Below, one piece after another: positions 25,708 to 37,800 of a stretch of 64,000 nt of DNA. The DNA is taken from NCBI GenBank assembly GCA_028023455.1, contig JAQFVV010000004.1, positions 25,420,001-25,484,000 of the forward strand, in the 5' to 3' direction. Position 1 is the first letter of the stretch, and each line of letters opens with the position of its first letter. Below the pieces are notes generated by a model. That model worked only from the letters and a program-made list of their open reading frames with translations. It was not told the DNA's origin and did no database searches. Origin of the DNA: Epiperipatus broadwayi (Eukaryota; Animalia; Onychophora). The position numbers were made by a program, and so were the translations under genes.

Positions 25708-27440
25708 GCCATACTCCGTTATTACATATCAAATTGCAAAGTCCAACTATTTTTTCATATTAAATTCTCTGATTTTTTTTCAAAAACAACTTCACCATTC
25801 TTCATCTGTGTAATTGATTTTATAACTTCATCTATCAATATGTTCATCCATTTATCAATCACTTTAATATCTTTTTCATTTTCAAGTTCATAATTAATTG
25901 AATTATTTTCTTTTCTAAACTGAGCTTGAAGATATTCTTTCCATCTTTTCACTATAACATTTTTATCAGATAATCTATTTCCATTCTTATCCACTATTTC
26001 ACTTGCTAACTATTTTTTTTCTCCCAGGTGCATCCATTAAAGCATTTCTATATCTCTAAATTCTTGCCCCAAGCATTTTTCTTTTGCTAAATTTGATTCT
26101 TTTCTTAGCTCATTATTATTTTTTATATGCACTTTGGTTTTCTTCAGTATTGATATTCTTCTGTCTTCTCTGTACATTCATCTTTTCCAACATACCTTTT
26201 ATTATCCAATGTCATTTATCTTCCTTCAACTGAATAGTATCTATTTCATTTTTTGCTGTTTTTTTCTTTAATTCTACACCAACTCTTATTTAGAACTATT
26301 AATATATTCCGCATCTTTATCGATTTTTTTGTTATATTTTCATATATTAACCAATCTTTCTTTATTTTTTTTTTAAATTTATCTAAGTCCCATCTTAAAT
26401 ATCTTTTCTCTCTAATTATTGTTTTTGAACTCAATTTTTAATTTATTCATAACCAAAATTATGATCTGAGTTTATATCAGCGCCAAGTAAAGCATGCAAA
26501 CACTTGATACTATTCTTATATCTATTCTGAATCAATATGTAATCAATTTGATAATGTTCTATATTACTTTGATTTTTTAAAAAAGTTTTTGCAATCCCAA
26601 ACTTATTCTCCTTACAAAAGCTGTCTACCTCTTTCATTTCTTTTTCAATACCATAATTGGCATTAATTTTTCTTTTCTTATCTTTCCCACAACAGCATTC
26701 CAATCACCAAATAATAATATACATGCATTTTACTTTCATGCTATACAATTTAATCTATCTTTTCATATTTTTCATCAATTTTATCAGGACTTATGTAAAC
26801 TTGTACAAGTACCAAATCATTAGGATTTGCAGTTATTCTCATCATCATAAGTTTATTGTTAATACAACTTACCTTTGCACATTGTTCCACATTTTCTTTC
26901 TAACAACAAAATAAATTCCATTAACTAATCTATCACTATCAGAATAAAATAGCTTCTCCACTACTTATTTCCCCACATCTCTTCCACCTCACTTCACTTA
27001 ATTCTATAACATTGATATTATTTATTTTTATTTATCTTTTCAAAATTTTCAATTTCCAAGCTTTTCTCAATAATCTAACATTCCACATACCAATTTAATG
27101 TGTCTTTTCCCAATAAATAAATTTTGTGATGGTTTTTTTAGGTTTACAGCCTAAGTAGATATGATGTCTCCTCCAGCCAAATAAGATACCAAAGCCATCC
27201 TTAGCTAAGATCTCAACATCAACATAATAACACCTGTAAACATACTCAGAATAAAACAATGGAATCATAAGACAATATGATTTCCTGTTGCATTCTTTGC
27301 TCAGCAATAACTTTCTTAATAGGTTTGATGCACTAGCCAGATCTTTAAACTGAACATCCATCTACCACTTCCCCCTCACCATTATACCTATAGTGAACTT
27401 CTGATGACTTGGAAAATTGCTTTTGCTGACCCAGACCCTA
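25708..27440 (-). mobile_element. Old RTE-like LINE, 5' part (endonuclease region)
   Basis: Fragments YQIDYILIQNRYKNSIK...GADINSDHN and RWDLDKFK; contiguous with 21152-22410 once the young RTE is removed. Confidence 0.7.
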
Positions 27441-28940
27441 GAGGATATAGACTTATTTAATTGCAGTTAACACTTACCATTATATATCAACCATTATAGA
27501 AATGTTGTCATTTTATACAAGTAAACATGCCACTGTTTCCTTCACCACTTCATGATAGTGAATGTTGTCCCATTGTCAGCAACTGTTTATTTACATTACT
27601 TTGCTTTTTTGGTGCTAACCTTCATATCTGAAAGCCATTCCTCTACCTGCAACCTGGGAATTTAAAAACAATAACTAATTTGTTGTAAATTATTTAATTA
27701 ATAAAAAGTAAACCAAAATACAAAAGTGCAGAGAGAGCTCAAAATATAATTTTTTATATATATTTTAATTTTAAATATTTTTATACTACTTTCAATCATT
27801 ATTATTATTATTGTTATTGTTATTATTATTGTTATTATTCAGAGTACTTTTTTTAAAAAAAAAATCTGAAAATAAACTTTCTTTATAATTTTAAAAATAA
27901 ATTGTAGGATAAATCCAAATAATATTCAATAAATATACTATTAACAATGATATCACAAATGGACAAAAATGAGAAAAAATTACAGTCTAAAAATAAATTA
28001 AAGTTTTAATCATTTTATGTGCTTAAAGCAATGCTTGTATAACTAATCTAGAAATATAAGACCTTCATCTAACTAATAATAACTACACTTATATTCACCA
28101 ACCAATACCAAATGGTCATTAGGGTTAGCAATAGATCAGCTATTTAAAAAATTATTATGACTGCAAATGATTAAAAAGATGTATCTACTAAATCAGAATT
28201 CAAACCCAGGACATGAGCACAAAATGTTATTTTGACTCATAATATAAAATCTTCACCCAAAACCATGGCTACACAATAAAAAAGATAAATTCAAAACTTA
28301 TAATTTTTATAAATTACAATCCAAAAATAAAACAATTTTTGGTGCTAATTTAATATGCCTTTTCCACCAATTTGGTTCACAGGGTAGCTCCAAAAACACT
28401 GCTAACACAACTAAGCAGTAAAAGATGTCAGATAATATTTTCCCCAAAACTGATATAAAATGCTCCAGACATTTTGTCTAACAACCTTATAAAAATTGCA
28501 ATTTTCTTCAAAAAACCACAACTTTCATAGAAATAAATCTAATTACATGATCAAAAAAAAAAACAAATAATTCTCAAAATGAAATGTCACAAATATTAGT
28601 AATTAATTAATGAAAAAAAAATTAGTGAATCACATGGTGAAAATGAAAATTATTTGTCAAAAAAGAATATTTAACAAGTGTTAGTAATTAGTAAATAATA
28701 AGAAAAATTAGTGTAATAAAAAATTAAAAACAATATTAAAGCATTTTATTTTCAAAATATGGCACATTGAACCATATTAGGAAATGACCAAAAAAATTGC
28801 ATAATTACTTGCCAAAATAAAATCAAATAACTTTCAAAATCAAGTACCAAAATATTGTAATTGGAAAGTGATCATAATAAAAAATTAAAAATAATATTAA
28901 AGTATTTTTTTCATGTAAAATAGTATTTTACTTGTAAAAT

Positions 28941-29040
28941 TGATTGGTGGTCGAGAGGTCAGCGATGGCTGCTTTGCAAGCAGTTGTCCTGGGTTGGTGG
29001 GTTCGCTTCCCGGCTGATGCTATGACACATGAGAGAAAAA
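28941..29040 (+). mobile_element. tRNA-like short repeat, family A
   Basis: D-arm-like GTC-GAGAGGTCAGC-GAT, anticodon arm GCTGC-TTTGCAA-GCAGT, 12-nt variable region, GTGGG-TTCGCTT-CCCGG. Absent at the equivalent position of the other palindrome arm. Confidence 0.7.
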
Positions 29041-29999
29041 AATAGCATAACAAATGAATGGCAGCAAAATAAATTACTAAACTGAGATAAAAATAACATA
29101 ATGACAGCACTTAAATGAAACACTATTTAACAAATATTAATATTTGACAAAATCAATAAATGTTTAATGGAAAATATATTAAAATTACTTTTACAATTAA
29201 ATGAATGTGGTTTTTAGACTAACCTAAGAAATAATATAACATTTGCTATGGCTGTAGAATGAAATGTGATATTTGATCAAAAATACTTTCTTAAATAATA
29301 TTTATTTTATGGTGTTCACCAAATAAATAGATATATTACTTGCAATTGTCAAATATTAACATCAAAACATTATTTATTTTGTTAAACACAAAAAGAAAAA
29401 AACTTTTGCAGAACAAAAAAAAAAAAAATTATGGGTGGAAAATTTTAAAAATAATATTTTAGAAAATATTATTTAACCAAAAACAAAAAAAACAAAAACA
29501 AATTAAAACACATAAGCCATGCATAATATATATATTAAAAATAATTATTTAAATGAAACCAGAAAACATTACACTCATTTAAAAAAATAAGAATTTCAAA
29601 AACAATATATTTGTCCAAAAATAAAACAAATTATTGTAATCTGCTAATGAAATGTAAGTCGTGCATAATAAATAAAACTATAAAAACTTATTACACTATA
29701 TTTTGTTTATAGCTCATTAGCATGCTTTTAATTTTACATATTTGTAAATGCAAGCTATATATAAGTCATGTGACATCTGACTTTTTATTATTACTTCAAA
29801 GTATGCAAAATTATTTCCCATTACCAAATATATACAGAATAGTAAAATAAGATAAGAAATCCAAAGTGACCATTCTTGATATTTATAGGGGTTCCACTTT
29901 TGATCTCAGTGATATCACTTGGGAATAAAAATATATTTTTTTTAGTCAAACTCTTATATTCAGACAGTAAAAGAAAATTAAAATGGTGAAAAATGATAC

Positions 30000-32520
30000 C
30001 ATTATCTATTTAACTAACTAGTCAACCATGCATTCATTTAATTACCAGCTATTTATCTTTATCAACAAAATACTTATCTATCCAGATGTCTTTTGCTTAT
30101 CTCTCTGTTTATCTATAAATCTATTTATCTTTTATATGTCTTTATCTGTTTTATCTATGTATCCAAATAACTATCTTTTACCAATTTTTATTTGCTTACT
30201 TATTTACTATCTTTCTATTTGTTTATTTATTTATTAGCTTGTCTCTTTATATCTTTATCTACATTTCTGTCTATTTTTATCTGTTTTTTTATCTTTTATT
30301 TATGTATTCAGTCATCCATTTATATCTGATGTGTGTCTATCTATCTATCCACATGCATGTCTATCTCTCTTTATGTTTCTGTCTATCTATCTAGACATTT
30401 TTAATTGGGTTTTCTATCTATTTATTTATACATCAACCATCTATTTAATAATCAAGCCAACCATCCATTCATCATTTATATATTTACCCTGTCTATCTAC
30501 CTATCTACCCACATGCCTATCTATCTATATATTTATTTATCTATGTATTTATATATATTTAACTGGTTTTCTCCTTATCTAACTATCTCGATTTTTACTT
30601 ATTAATTTATTTATGCATACAACCAATTTAAATATTTATCCCATCATCCATACACTATTTCTCTATTTATTTGTCTGTCTATCTATCTCTGTTTATATAT
30701 ATGGTTTTCTACTTATATATTTATACATCCAACTATCAGTTTAATTATCTAGCCATTTACTCATCTGTCTATCAACCTTCATACCTATCTATCTGCCTGT
30801 CTATTTACTTGTGTATCTATTAATTTATCTATGTGTTCAACTATCCAAGTAACTATCTATTTACCTGTTTCTACCTATTTATTCATCCACTCATTTATTT
30901 ATTTAGCTACTCATTCATCCATTTATCTTCTATCTATTTATATATCTACCTATTGATTTATCTTGATCTATGGACTTTTTATCTGTCTATTTATCCATTC
31001 ACTCATCTTCCTATCCAACCATCTTTTTAACTATCCATTATATTGTTTTAGTCATTCATCAAACCTATCTACATAGTTACCTCTGTATCTTTTTATCTAT
31101 TCATTAATCCATCAGTTTATCTAAGCAGCCATTTACCTAACTATATATCTATCTATTTTTCTATCTGTCTATCTATTTATCTCTATTATTCATCAAATAA
31201 AATACATTATCTACCTCTCTGTCTATATATACATTGATAATTGATTCATTCACACATTTACCTCTTTATTTATCTATCTATCCATATATATATATATATA
31301 TCCTTTTTATGCAAATATTTATCTATTCAACCATCCATATATTTAAATATGTAGCTTCCATCTATCTATCCATTTATGTGGCTACCTATTTATCTGATTT
31401 TATCTACCTATGTAGATGGATAGATAAATAAAGATAAGTAGACTCCTAGATGATGGATGAATAATAGATAGATAAATGACTAATTGGAAATAGTAAATAG
31501 ATAAATTGATTGATTGATGAATAAGATAAGTAAATGTATGGGTGTAAAGACTGATCAATGAAAACATATATACAGAGGTAGATAGAGATATTGATTGACA
31601 GATGAATAAAAATAGACAGATAGATGAATATTGATAGGTAAATGGATGCTTGGATAAAGTGATGGATGGATAAATAAATAGGTATAGAAGTAGATATATG
31701 AATAGATTGACGAATCACTAAAACAATAAATAGACAGCTAAATGGATGGTTTGATAGATAGAGAGAATGGGTGAATAAATAAAAAGTAAGATATATAGTT
31801 GAGATAAATCAATAGATATATGCATACATAGGGAAGATAGATAAACTGATGGATAAGTAGATGATAGATAGATAGATAAATGAGTGGATACATAAATTGA
31901 GATACACAGATGGAGGCAAATAGATAAATCAAAAGTTAAAAAAACAGATACATAAATAGAAAGGTAGATACATAAATAAATAAATGAATAGACAAAAGTA
32001 AATAGATGATCAGATAAATAGATGGATGAATGGATAGATAGGTATGTAGATAGATAAACAGGTGGGTGGGTAGCTAAATAGTTAAATGGATGGTTGAATG
32101 CACAAGTAAATAGGTACAAAAAGATAAATAGGTAGACGTAGATAGTGGATGGGTCGTTGGTTAAATAATTAAATGGACACATGGATGTATAGAAATATAT
32201 TTATGCATATAAGTAGATAGACAGATAAGTAGTAGATAAGGCACAGGTGGATAGCTAGAAAGTTAAATGGATGGTTCAATTTATAATAGAGAGACAGGTA
32301 GATAGATAAACAGACAGACAATAAATAGATAAGCAGATGGAAAAACTGGTAAAAAATAGATAGATGGACAAAACTGATAAACAGATCAAGAGTTAGGTAA
32401 AAGATAAATAGATTGATAGATAGATAAATAGAGTGACAAGTAAAAGATAAATTGATAGATAAGTGTAAGGTTGATAGATAAACTAATAGTTAAGTGAATG
32501 TGAGAGTAACAAGTTAGTTA
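30000..32520. repeat. Degenerate (TCTA/TTTA/TCCA)n low-complexity tract that flips to (TAGA/TAAA/TGGA)n at ~31410
   Basis: Pyrimidine-rich left half and purine-rich right half. The motif CAACCATCCATTTAA.TA recurs on the left and its reverse complement on the right. Confidence 0.9.
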
Positions 32521-32602
32521 AATAGGTGAATGGGGTTATTTTATCCTCTAATTTTTTTATCCATTTTATTTTTGTTCCCAACAGTATCATAGAGGGCAAG
32601 AA

Positions 32603-32700
32603 GCATTGGTAGTCGAGAGGTCAGCACAGCTGCCTTATAAGCAGTTGTCCCGGGTTAGCGGGTTCGCTTCATGGCCGATGCTATGACACATGAGGAAAAA
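32603..32700 (+). mobile_element. tRNA-like short repeat, family A, most complete cloverleaf
   Basis: Acceptor stem GCATTGG (32603-32609) with CCGATGC (32675-32681). Anticodon arm GCTGC-CTTATAA-GCAGT, long variable region, TTCGCTT T-loop, tail ATGACACATGAGG plus A5. Confidence 0.7.
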
Positions 32701-33384
32701 TGAATCCTTGTGAATGTCAAGGATAACCCCTCTGAATTTTTTTATTTATTGTGCACGTGTTTTGCAATGGAATATAACTTTGCAATGCTTTGAGGTAATA
32801 AAATCTATTTTTAATGTGGTTTAATATGTTTACATAGTTTTTATTTATAATGTGCAACTTACACTTCATTAATAGATAATGGCATTTGGGGGGGGGGGTC
32901 AAATATTAATGATTGCTAAACCATTGTTTTTAAAATGAATTTTAATATATATTATGCATGGCTTATATTCTTTAATTTATTTATTTTTTGGACAAATATT
33001 ATTTGCTAAAATATTGTTTCTGGAATTTTCCAATGCTGCATTTGTTTTTGTCCTGCAAAAATTCTCAAATTTTGTTATTTTGTATGTGTGGTTAACAATA
33101 AATCCATAATGTTTTGATTTTAATATTTGATAATTACATGTAACATCTATTTATTGGTTAACATAAAAAAGCATGTAAAAAATATTTTTGATGAAATATC
33201 AACTTCTATTTTACTGCCATAAGTATGTGTTTAAATATTTCTTACATTAGTTTAGTAATTTTTTAATCATGTTTATTTAATTGCAAATGAAATTTTAATA
33301 TAGCAATTATTTATTTCATCAAACATTAATATTTGATGAAATAAATAAGTGTTTTGATTATGCTAATATTTTTAATCTTGATTT

Positions 33385-34885
33385 ATTAGATAATATCTAA
33401 TTTTTTTTATTAATAAAAATCAAAATTTTATTTAACCCACCCCAACCACTCTCAAAGACATAACAAAACCCAACTCAAAAATTTATCTAAAAAATTTAGA
33501 AGAAATCAATTTAAATCTATCTTTACAACAAAAAACATAATAAATCAATAATATATATATATAATTTACTAACAAAAAAAATAATAATATAATAAACAAC
33601 AAAATTTATATAACCAAAAAAAATTAAATACAAAATTTTTTTTTTTATTAATAAATCTACTACAAGAACATTAAATCATTTTATTTTAAACCCCATCCCA
33701 ACATTTCATACTCTAGAAAATTAATCTAAAAACAACTCACAAACATTTATCTAAAAGATAATTAAAGAAATCTAAATTTTAATCTAATTCTTAAACACTC
33801 AACTGAAAAAATCATATATAACTTAATTCAGATACTCATATATAGTACTATCTTAATTTACTAAACACAACAAAAATAATAATATAATAAAATCAGATTC
33901 ACATATTTTAATACTCACTACAAATATTAAAATTAGACTAATACCTAAAAACTTTTTTTTTAAATAAATCACTAAAGAGAGCATTCAAATCATTTTTATT
34001 TTAAATCCCCATCCCCAACCATTTCATATTCACTTCAGGAGGAGTGGGACATAGATCTAAAAACAACTCAACAAATTTATCTAAAAGATATTTTAGAAGA
34101 AGATTGAAATTTTAGACATCTAATTCTTTAACACTCCCAACTAAAAAATATAAGAACTAATTCAGATCCCATATATAGTAGCTACTCTTTAATAAAACCA
34201 CAACACAAAATAATAATAGTAATATAACAACAACAATATTTTAATAGCACTTAAAATATAAAATTAAGCAATACTTAAAAACTTTTTTTTTTATTAATAA
34301 ACACTACAAGAGAAGAATTAAATATTTTTATTTTAAACCACCCCAACTTTCACTACTCTATGAGAGAGGGAAAACAAAAACCCAACCAACAAAATTATCT
34401 AAAAGAAAGTGAAGAAGACAAACTGACACACACTTAACACCCCAACGAAAAAACAAGGACGAACTAATTCAACCCAATAAGGCTAGCTCTTATTTAGCAA
34501 ACCACAACACAAAAAAAAGAAAAACAACAACACAGACAAGCACCAAAAAAAAACAACCAAAACTTTTTTTATTAGAAACACCAAAACACAAACATTTTAT
34601 TTAAAGGCCCCACCCCAATCGACTAGCCCAGGAGATGGGCAAGACAAAACCCAACCAAAAACATACAAAAAAAGAGAAGAAGACGAAACACACACTTAAA
34701 CCCCCACGAAAAAACAAGGGCGAACAAGAACCCAAAACCAAGACCACACAAAAAAAAACAACAACCACTACCCAAAAAAAACCCTATTTTCAACAACACC
34801 CCCGGGAGGGCAAAACCCACCCAAACAAAAAGAAGAAGACGAAAAACCACCCCCCAAAAAAAAGACACCCACGGGGAACCAAACA
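33385..34885 (-). repeat. Tandem array of five highly divergent ~235-330-bp units flanked by a 12-bp direct repeat
   Basis: Units start at poly-T runs (~33401, 33636, 33953, 34283, 34564) and share TTTTATTT.AA.CCCC..CCCAAC and TTTATCTAAAAGA blocks. TAATCTTGATTT occurs at 33373-33384 and 34886-34897. Confidence 0.7.
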
Positions 34886-37800
34886 TAATCTTGATTTGGT
34901 AATTTATTTTGCTGCTGTAAATTTGATATATTTTAAAAGTAACATACTTTAGAATTGTTTTTAATTTTTATTTACACTATTCTTTTTGATCATTTTCTAA
35001 TTACTGATATTTTAGTATTTAATTTTGAGAATTACTTTTTATGGGACAAGTGGCTATACTAAATTTTTGATCATTTCCTGATTGCTAAAATTTGCTAAAA
35101 AATATTTTTTGATATGGCATATTTTAAAAATAAAATATTTTAGCATTATGTTGCATTTTTTATTATGCTAATTTTTCTTGCTATTTCCTAATTACTAATA
35201 TTTGCTAAATATTCTTTTTTGAAATTTGATTTTCTTTTTCACGGCTAAATTTGCTAATCTTTTTTGTCATTTCTTAATTATTAATAGTTTTGATATTTAA
35301 TTTTGAGAGTTATTTTATTTTTTGATCACATGATCATGCTTTATTTTATGTAAATTGCCTTTAATTTGCCCAAGGAGTATTATCTGACATTTTTTATCAC
35401 TTTGGTTGTGTCTGCAGTGGTTTTGTGATTCCATCTCAAAAGCAAAATAGTGAAGAGTGCATACTAAATTGAGACTCAATTTCTTCTAATCTCTAACAGT
35501 TTTGGAAAGTAAAAAAAAAAAAATTAAAAAAAATCTTTTAATTTTTTTATTTAAATGAAATTTTCTTTTAAATAGTAATTCAATGATATTCTTAAATATG
35601 TAAAATATATTTGGAATACAAATATTTTTTTCTTAACAAAATGCTTCACAGAAATTAATGCACTTCAGTTTTTAAATTTATGAACATTAGAAATGATTCT
35701 AGATCCACCTCTTATAAGTTTAGATATAGTGTTATAATATCTCCATCTCCAGAGCAGTTTTTACTTTCATTGGATAATGTGGTAAAGCATCTAGCAGTCA
35801 TATTTTACTCCTTTATATTTGTTAAAGTAATAGTCTGAAATTAAAAGAAATCTTAGTTTTGAACTTAAACTAACTTACTTGCATAGTTATGTAGATTTAC
35901 ATCAGGTTAGTTTCTATATACATTAGAATGTCAGTTTAATAGCAAACTTTAGTTCCTGTCTCCTCATTAATTATATAGATTCTAACATCAATATCACATA
36001 GCTTTCTCAAGAGCAATACTTTTTATCCTATACTGAAAACTGTTGCTCTTTCAAGCATTTGAGAAAACCTGTAAGAAAAATAATGTGACAATGTTATTAG
36101 GTTGTTTACTAAGTGCTTTCAAATTATGATAAAATATAATATTATTTATATTATCTCTTGATCAGCTTTGATTTAAAAAGTGAAGAAAATTAATTACTAA
36201 AATTATAATAGATCAAAAGTTTAAATATTTTATTAATTTGGAGATATTGTGACTTCTTTGGCCGGATAAAAAGAAAGACAACATTTAAATGATGAAAATA
36301 TTAAGGGAAATGGAAAAATAGAATATATATTAAGATATATTGAAGTAATAAAAAAATGATGAAGAACTAATAATATATCATTAGACTGTAAGAAAAAAAA
36401 ACCAATTTAGATATTGGACTTTATTATTATAAAGGTTAATACAATATAAAAAGAAATCCATGTAAAATAATCATCTATTAACTAAAAAACCAAGGCCAAA
36501 ATGTATAAAAGTTTTATCTAATTAAACTTGCCATATGGAGCAAAAATCTGAAACATGACACAGAATATAACAACATTAATTATTTGTGAAAATAGAATTT
36601 TAAGAAAAAAATTTGCATCAATATCTGAATGATAAAAATATGCTTTGTAAAATAATTATTTCATATAAAATATATATAAAGAAAATAAATAAAATATATA
36701 AATACAAATATAATGGATGATGGACATTTGGTAGCCAAGAATTATATTGGTAATATCATAGAATACTAGCATTAGAAAAGTTGAAATAAAGAAGAATCTT
36801 ACTGATGTTTAAGTAGCAGTGAGAATCCTGATTTGTGAGGCATCAGTTTAAAGAGTTTAGAAAACTATTTTTTCTTGCCTTTCTAAAAATATATTCTTAT
36901 GTAAATTAAAAGGTTATATGAATATGTCTAAATGTCAATAGAAATAAATTCAAATGTGTTAGAATATAAGAGTAAGTCTTACATCTAATAAAACCATTGG
37001 GTTATTTCTATAAATATTGACTTCTTTGTTCTTCACTAATTTGATATTCTTTGTTGTTTTCCTATAATCAATTAATAACAATAATTAGAATTCTGTATCC
37101 AACATGTCTTGACACTAAAGGTAATAAAAATAAATATGAAATATCATGTTATTCATATTGGAGATATTGCCCAGATAGAATTGTCACACCATAATTGCTT
37201 TCACTTAAAATATACTTTGATATTAATGTATCAGATATATCTGTTTTACATAATGATTGGATGTAGATTCATAAAATTTATGTAAACTGAAAAAGGTTTG
37301 TATGGGAAATTTTACACCGGATAAGAACTCACACTTAAATAACAAATTTTCAGAGAAATGTATTGTAAAGATAAAATATTTGATTGATTTATAATTTTTA
37401 TATATATAAAATAAAAAAGAAAATTATCATCAGCAGTTCTAGATAAATTATTAAAAGGTTAAGACACAACCATGGTTTCATTTATACATATAGGTTTCTT
37501 TGAGTGACAGCACACACATTCATTATAAACTATCTTTAATTCAAATCTATCCTCAATTTAACTTTTATGTTGAATAATTAGTGAGATCATGTGATGTTGA
37601 ACAATAGCAGTGGTATATTGTAATTTATATATTCATCAGTTTTGTATGTAATTATATTTGCACTATTGATGTTAGCTGACTATAGCTTAATATTTATTTA
37701 TGGAATTAGTATTCTTATGAAAAGATTATACATAAGTTTAAACTTAATAACACTTTTTTAGTAGCCGTACCATATTTTTGAGTTTTAGCTGAAATAACAT

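Larger units (their letters stand above)
28345..35475. repeat. Old ~7-kb foldback palindrome centred near 31410
   Basis: Ordered reverse-complement anchors: 28390-28440/35370-35430, 28860-28925/34930-35030, 29050-29090/34890-34920, 29290-29370/33100-33170, 29510-29550/32940-32975, 29640-29690/32830-32880, 29785-29840/32740-32800, 29910-29935/32565-32590. Confidence 0.8.

Noticed and set aside
27401-27420. CTGATGA-CTTG-GAAA near the 5' end of the old RTE
   Set aside because: No room for stem II and no stem I or III pairing.
27620-27653. Possible minus-strand micro-exon (cag|GTTGCAGGTAGAGGAATGGCTTTCAGATATGAAG|gttagc)
   Set aside because: Splice signals are plausible but the frame is ambiguous, and the adjacent sequence resembles an integrase DNG..FT remnant.
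28941-29040. HDV-like ribozyme fold for family A repeats (GGG-TTCGCTT-CCC as P3/L3)
   Set aside because: No P4, J4/2 or P2 partner; a tRNA cloverleaf explains all the pairings better.
30028-32182. Multiple 60-150-aa ORFs rich in I, Y, L, S
   Set aside because: Translation products of the TCTA/TAGA low-complexity tract.
34623-34952. K/T/P-rich and F/G/V-rich ORFs
   Set aside because: They arise from the A/C-biased degenerate tandem array and may reflect sequence error.
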